DNA of 64,000 nucleotides from Eledone cirrhosa (Eukaryota). The stretch lies in the NCBI GenBank assembly GCA_964016885.1, contig OZ024751.1:24986001-25050000 (forward strand), given 5' to 3'. The notes below the pieces were generated by a model that saw only the letters and a list, made by a program, of their open reading frames with translations, did not search any database and was not told the DNA's origin. Positions 59,582 to 64,000 of this stretch are shown in pieces; the stretch's first letter is position 1; every line of letters begins with the position of its first letter. A program made the position numbers and the translations under genes.

Positions 59582-60161
59582 GTTATCATAATAATAGTAA
59601 TAATATAAATAATACCAATACTCTTTTTTGTGATCATCATAATCATCATCTCGATCGTCGCCATCTTCATCAGCATCATCGTTGAGAGTAAGACTGAGGA
59701 CCAGCTGTAAGATATAGTCTTACTTCGTAAGTAGTTATAATAAGTTAGTGTAATTGTTTAGTTTTTCCTAAATCCTTACTTGAAGATGTCGCTGGGGTTG
59801 TATTTATCACATGACCACTTCTACTTGGATCCATTGTAAAACAAAACAAACAAATCCTATTTTACTTTACCAAACAATTCTTCTGATTGCCGTTGTGTAA
59901 CCCTAAAATGTTTTTAAACCATTGAAGTAGTCGTAAGCTAGCGAACAACCCCCTTCAATGTTCTCTAGAACTAGTAATAGCACTGTTAGAAGTAGTAGTA
60001 GTAGTAATTGTAGTAGTAATAGTAGTGGTGGTAGTAGTAATAGTTGTAATTGTAGTACTAGTAGTAGTAGAAGTAGTAGTAGTAGTAGTAGTGTTTAGTG
60101 GTTGGAGAGGGCTTATGATATTGTAGGTGTCATGAAGTGGTATTAGCCACTGTAGTAGTAA

Positions 60162-60247
<86 letters not shown>

Positions 60248-60480
60248 ATAGTAATGGTGATTAGATTTTGTAATAACGCTTTTAAATATTGTCTCAGACT
60301 TAGTAGCAGTGGTAGTGGTAGTGGTACTAATATTGGTAGTAATGGTATTAGTAGAAGTGGTAGTGGTACTGGCAGTGGTGGTAGGGGTAGTAGTGGTAAT
60401 GGTAAAAGTAGTAGTAGTGGTCGTAGTGCAAGTGGTAGTGGTAGTAGTAGTGGTAGTAGTAGTTGTAGTAGTAAAGTATA
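59120..60480. repeat. Trinucleotide repeat cluster: (CTA)n, (CTG)n, (TAA)n, (CAT)n, (TAG)n
   Basis: Directly visible runs. Confidence 0.9.
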
Positions 60481-60957
60481 GAGGAGCACTCGTCTCCTAT
60501 TCTCTTAGTCTCTGCTGCTATCGTAACGTGATGATTGCCCCGACCAATCAAAAGTAGACACAGCAGGGGAGGCGGAGGACATAGACATACAGCGAAAGGC
60601 CCCCCTCCTTCCTTCAATAATTGGAATCGACGTATGAGTCCAATGTAACGTGGTGTATGAAGACCGAATCCTGGTGGACATCTATAAGTGTCCATATTTC
60701 TTTTGAACGTCCGTCATCCGGAATCAACAGTTATAGGAAAGGAATCATCGGGGAACCATGTAAAAAAAACAGAAAAATGTGCCATTGTTTCTTCGTTCCC
60801 CATCTTGGTTTTGTGGAAACTACGCAGTTCTTAGAAATTCATGATTTCATTTTGAAATGAACTAACAGAAAAAATGGTGAAATTACAAGACCTATCGCGG
60901 ACAAGAAAAAGATTGTGAAAGGATGATTTGCTTAAATATACATACACACACACACAT

Positions 60958-61020
<63 letters not shown>

Positions 61021-61876
61021 TGCAAGAGTCGACTGAGCTCTTGTTTAAACAGCTAGTTCCAAACTTTTGATTTATATATATATATGTGTGTGTGTGTTAA
61101 ATCTGGAAGTATGAACGATAGACGAGTTTGATTTACTTCTGTGCATACTTCAATACACACACGTACATTCATCTACAAAAACACCCAATACACACACACA
61201 CACACACAAACATACACACACACACGTACATGCATATATATATATATATATATATATCTACGTCAAGTTTGGGAAAATAGGTGGCAGAAAAGCAAGCAGG
61301 AAGTCGGGGAATAAAGAGATAAAGAGACTAAGAGAGACACAGAGAAAGAGATATCATTGGCGGGGGGAGTCCGAGAAAGGAAGATCATAGAAGAGGAAGG
61401 AGATAGAGGAGACGAAATATGAAGCTGAAATTTAAAAGGACCAAACAATCAGTGTAGATTTTCAGACAAAGGTAACGGACGATGGCGAGAGACTTGAGAA
61501 TGTAAAACAAACAGAAAGGGAGATAAGAAACTGAAGGACCTTGATAAAAAAACCTAACTTCATACATTAATATATGCCAAACCGACATGGCGACAGCCAC
61601 ATACGCACTCAAATACGCATATACGTACCTGTGTACATATAGATACACAAACACATATACACACGCATATATATATATATATACACACACACATACATAT
61701 ATCTATATATAGGTATACATAAATGCTCACATAGACATATACACACAAAAACAAAAGGCTTCTTCACACACACACACACACACACACACACATTTATATA
61801 TCTGTATATTATTGCATATATATATATATATATTACTTTCATTTAGTCCTTTCTAGATTTTGGTCTTTCTATTCAT

Positions 61877-61930
<54 letters not shown>

Positions 61931-61933
61931 ACG

Positions 61934-62014
<81 letters not shown>

Positions 62015-62167
62015 AGTTTAAAACTCTTGTGTATGTGTCAATATATTCGTACCAATATTTGTGTGATATCAATGTCAGAAAGTTAAACAAGAGAAGTGAT
62101 CGGATAAAGAAAGACTACTTGTCGGAAGTCAGAAATTTTTTGTGCGACCATATCGGTCTCTCACCCC

Positions 62168-62364
<197 letters not shown>

Positions 62365-62365
62365 C

Positions 62366-62405
<40 letters not shown>

Positions 62406-62543
62406 TATATATATATATATACTTATTGATAAGTGCGTACATTCATACATACGAATATACATACATACATGTCTTTCCACAGGTTTTAGTTTGTATATTA
62501 ACATTGCCTAACTCTTTTATTAACGAATATAAATGCATGAATG

Positions 62544-62590
<47 letters not shown>

Positions 62591-62727
62591 GATATATATG
62601 TATATATAACTTCCCTGCCAGAGATCAATTGCAAATTCGTGGAACCGTGAGTAGGCATGAAAGAAATCTCCTTCTTTTCAGAAATAAATAATGTTGAGTA
62701 TATATATTGAATTCGTCTTTTCTCCCC

Positions 62728-62806
<79 letters not shown>

Positions 62807-62997
62807 AATCTATCCCCTCCCCCCTCTCTCTTTGTCTTGCACACACACACACATATAAATATATATAGTTGTAGACCCAAAAGTGAGAGCGTACTCAATC
62901 TATGATATTTATATTTATTTACATACACACATTTTATTACATTTTGTATTTAACTAAATTTTTTTTTCCCCTTTGCCTGTATTCAAATAAATTATGT

Positions 62998-63073
<76 letters not shown>

Positions 63074-63077
<4 letters not shown>

Positions 63078-63258
63078 GGCTTCTACATGACGAGATCCCT
63101 TTCATTCGTACAAAATCATCAGGAATGACCTCCTGGTGATTTCATACGAATGAAGGAAAAAGGTCTACTCCTGTAGAAGCCATTTCTATATTAAATATTG
63201 ATGTTTTCACTCTACTAATGTATTGAGTGCCTTATTTAGCCTCGAATTAACTGGGATA
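63074..63258 (+). mobile_element. Diverged family B-like fold-back element
   Basis: Minus arm reads ttc-CTGATGA-ttttgtacgaat-GAAA..TA-gaagc; tail has tattgagtgcc. Confidence 0.6.
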
Positions 63259-63354
63259 TCTTTCTTTCTTCTTTTCTCTCTCTGTCTATTATATATATAT
63301 ATATATATTTCTTATTGGCAACATGACCCACCCAAAGTATAACAATATATATAT

Positions 63355-63393
<39 letters not shown>

Positions 63394-63400
63394 TATGTAT

Positions 63401-63489
<89 letters not shown>

Positions 63490-63622
63490 TATATATACAC
63501 ACACACACACCTACATATATATATATATATATATGTATGTATTTAAAAGGTAAAGAGAAATAACAACACAATCGGTATAGTATATGGAAGGAATATATTA
63601 GGTTAACGCTTGAAGTAGCAGA

Positions 63623-63658
63623 TCTTAACGTTTCGGACGCCAGGCGTTCACCAGAAGA
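63623..63658 (-). ncRNA. Minimal hammerhead with one core substitution
   Basis: Reverse complement tctt-CTGGTGA-acgcctggcgtcc-GAAA-cg-TT-aaga. Confidence 0.6.
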
Positions 63659-63911
63659 AAGGATGAACAATTAAAAAGATTGAAGGGATGGGTGGGGTGG
63701 AATTGGAAAAAATGTCTTTAGATAAAAGTAACAGCTCCATTCATGTTGCTATATATATATATATATATATATTTTAAACCGAGATCATGATCCGAATAAT
63801 GTGAAACAATTATTATCGGAAATGGTGAACTAACTGTTGTGGTACTACTTCTGCCAAACTCGTCCCATGGACTGTGTGCTCTACTACTACGGATATAACC
63901 AACTAGCGTTC

Positions 63912-63945
<34 letters not shown>

Positions 63946-64000
63946 TGTATATTTTTGTAGTTACAAATTCAGGGCATTTCCACTCCTGTTGGAGGAACCC

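Overview
This is AT-rich, microsatellite-saturated animal DNA. The SINEs and repeat landscape resemble an octopus/coleoid cephalopod genome (inference). No intact host protein-coding gene is supported: nearly all listed ORFs are (TA)n/(CA)n/(GA)n artefacts. The real coding remnants are retrotransposon fragments: two decayed Penelope-like RT+GIY-YIG elements plus a third GIY-YIG fragment, and RTE, CR1-type, R4/Dong-type, CRE-type and Tc1/mariner pieces. The main signal is a dense set of short (about 100-500 bp) elements from more than 10 sequence families inserted in (TA)n tracts. Most are fold-back palindromes with a one-sided unique tail and carry a type I hammerhead ribozyme (HHR). By eye I count about 16 canonical cores and a similar number of variant, degenerate or half cores. 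One family is physically attached to the RT/GIY-YIG element as its pseudo-LTR. The families share a T-Y-GAG-Y-R-C tail motif. Some carry non-canonical cores (CAGAAGA; U3-A8 covariant), and several fold back within the ribozyme's own hairpins. All coordinates and pairings were read by eye, not computed.
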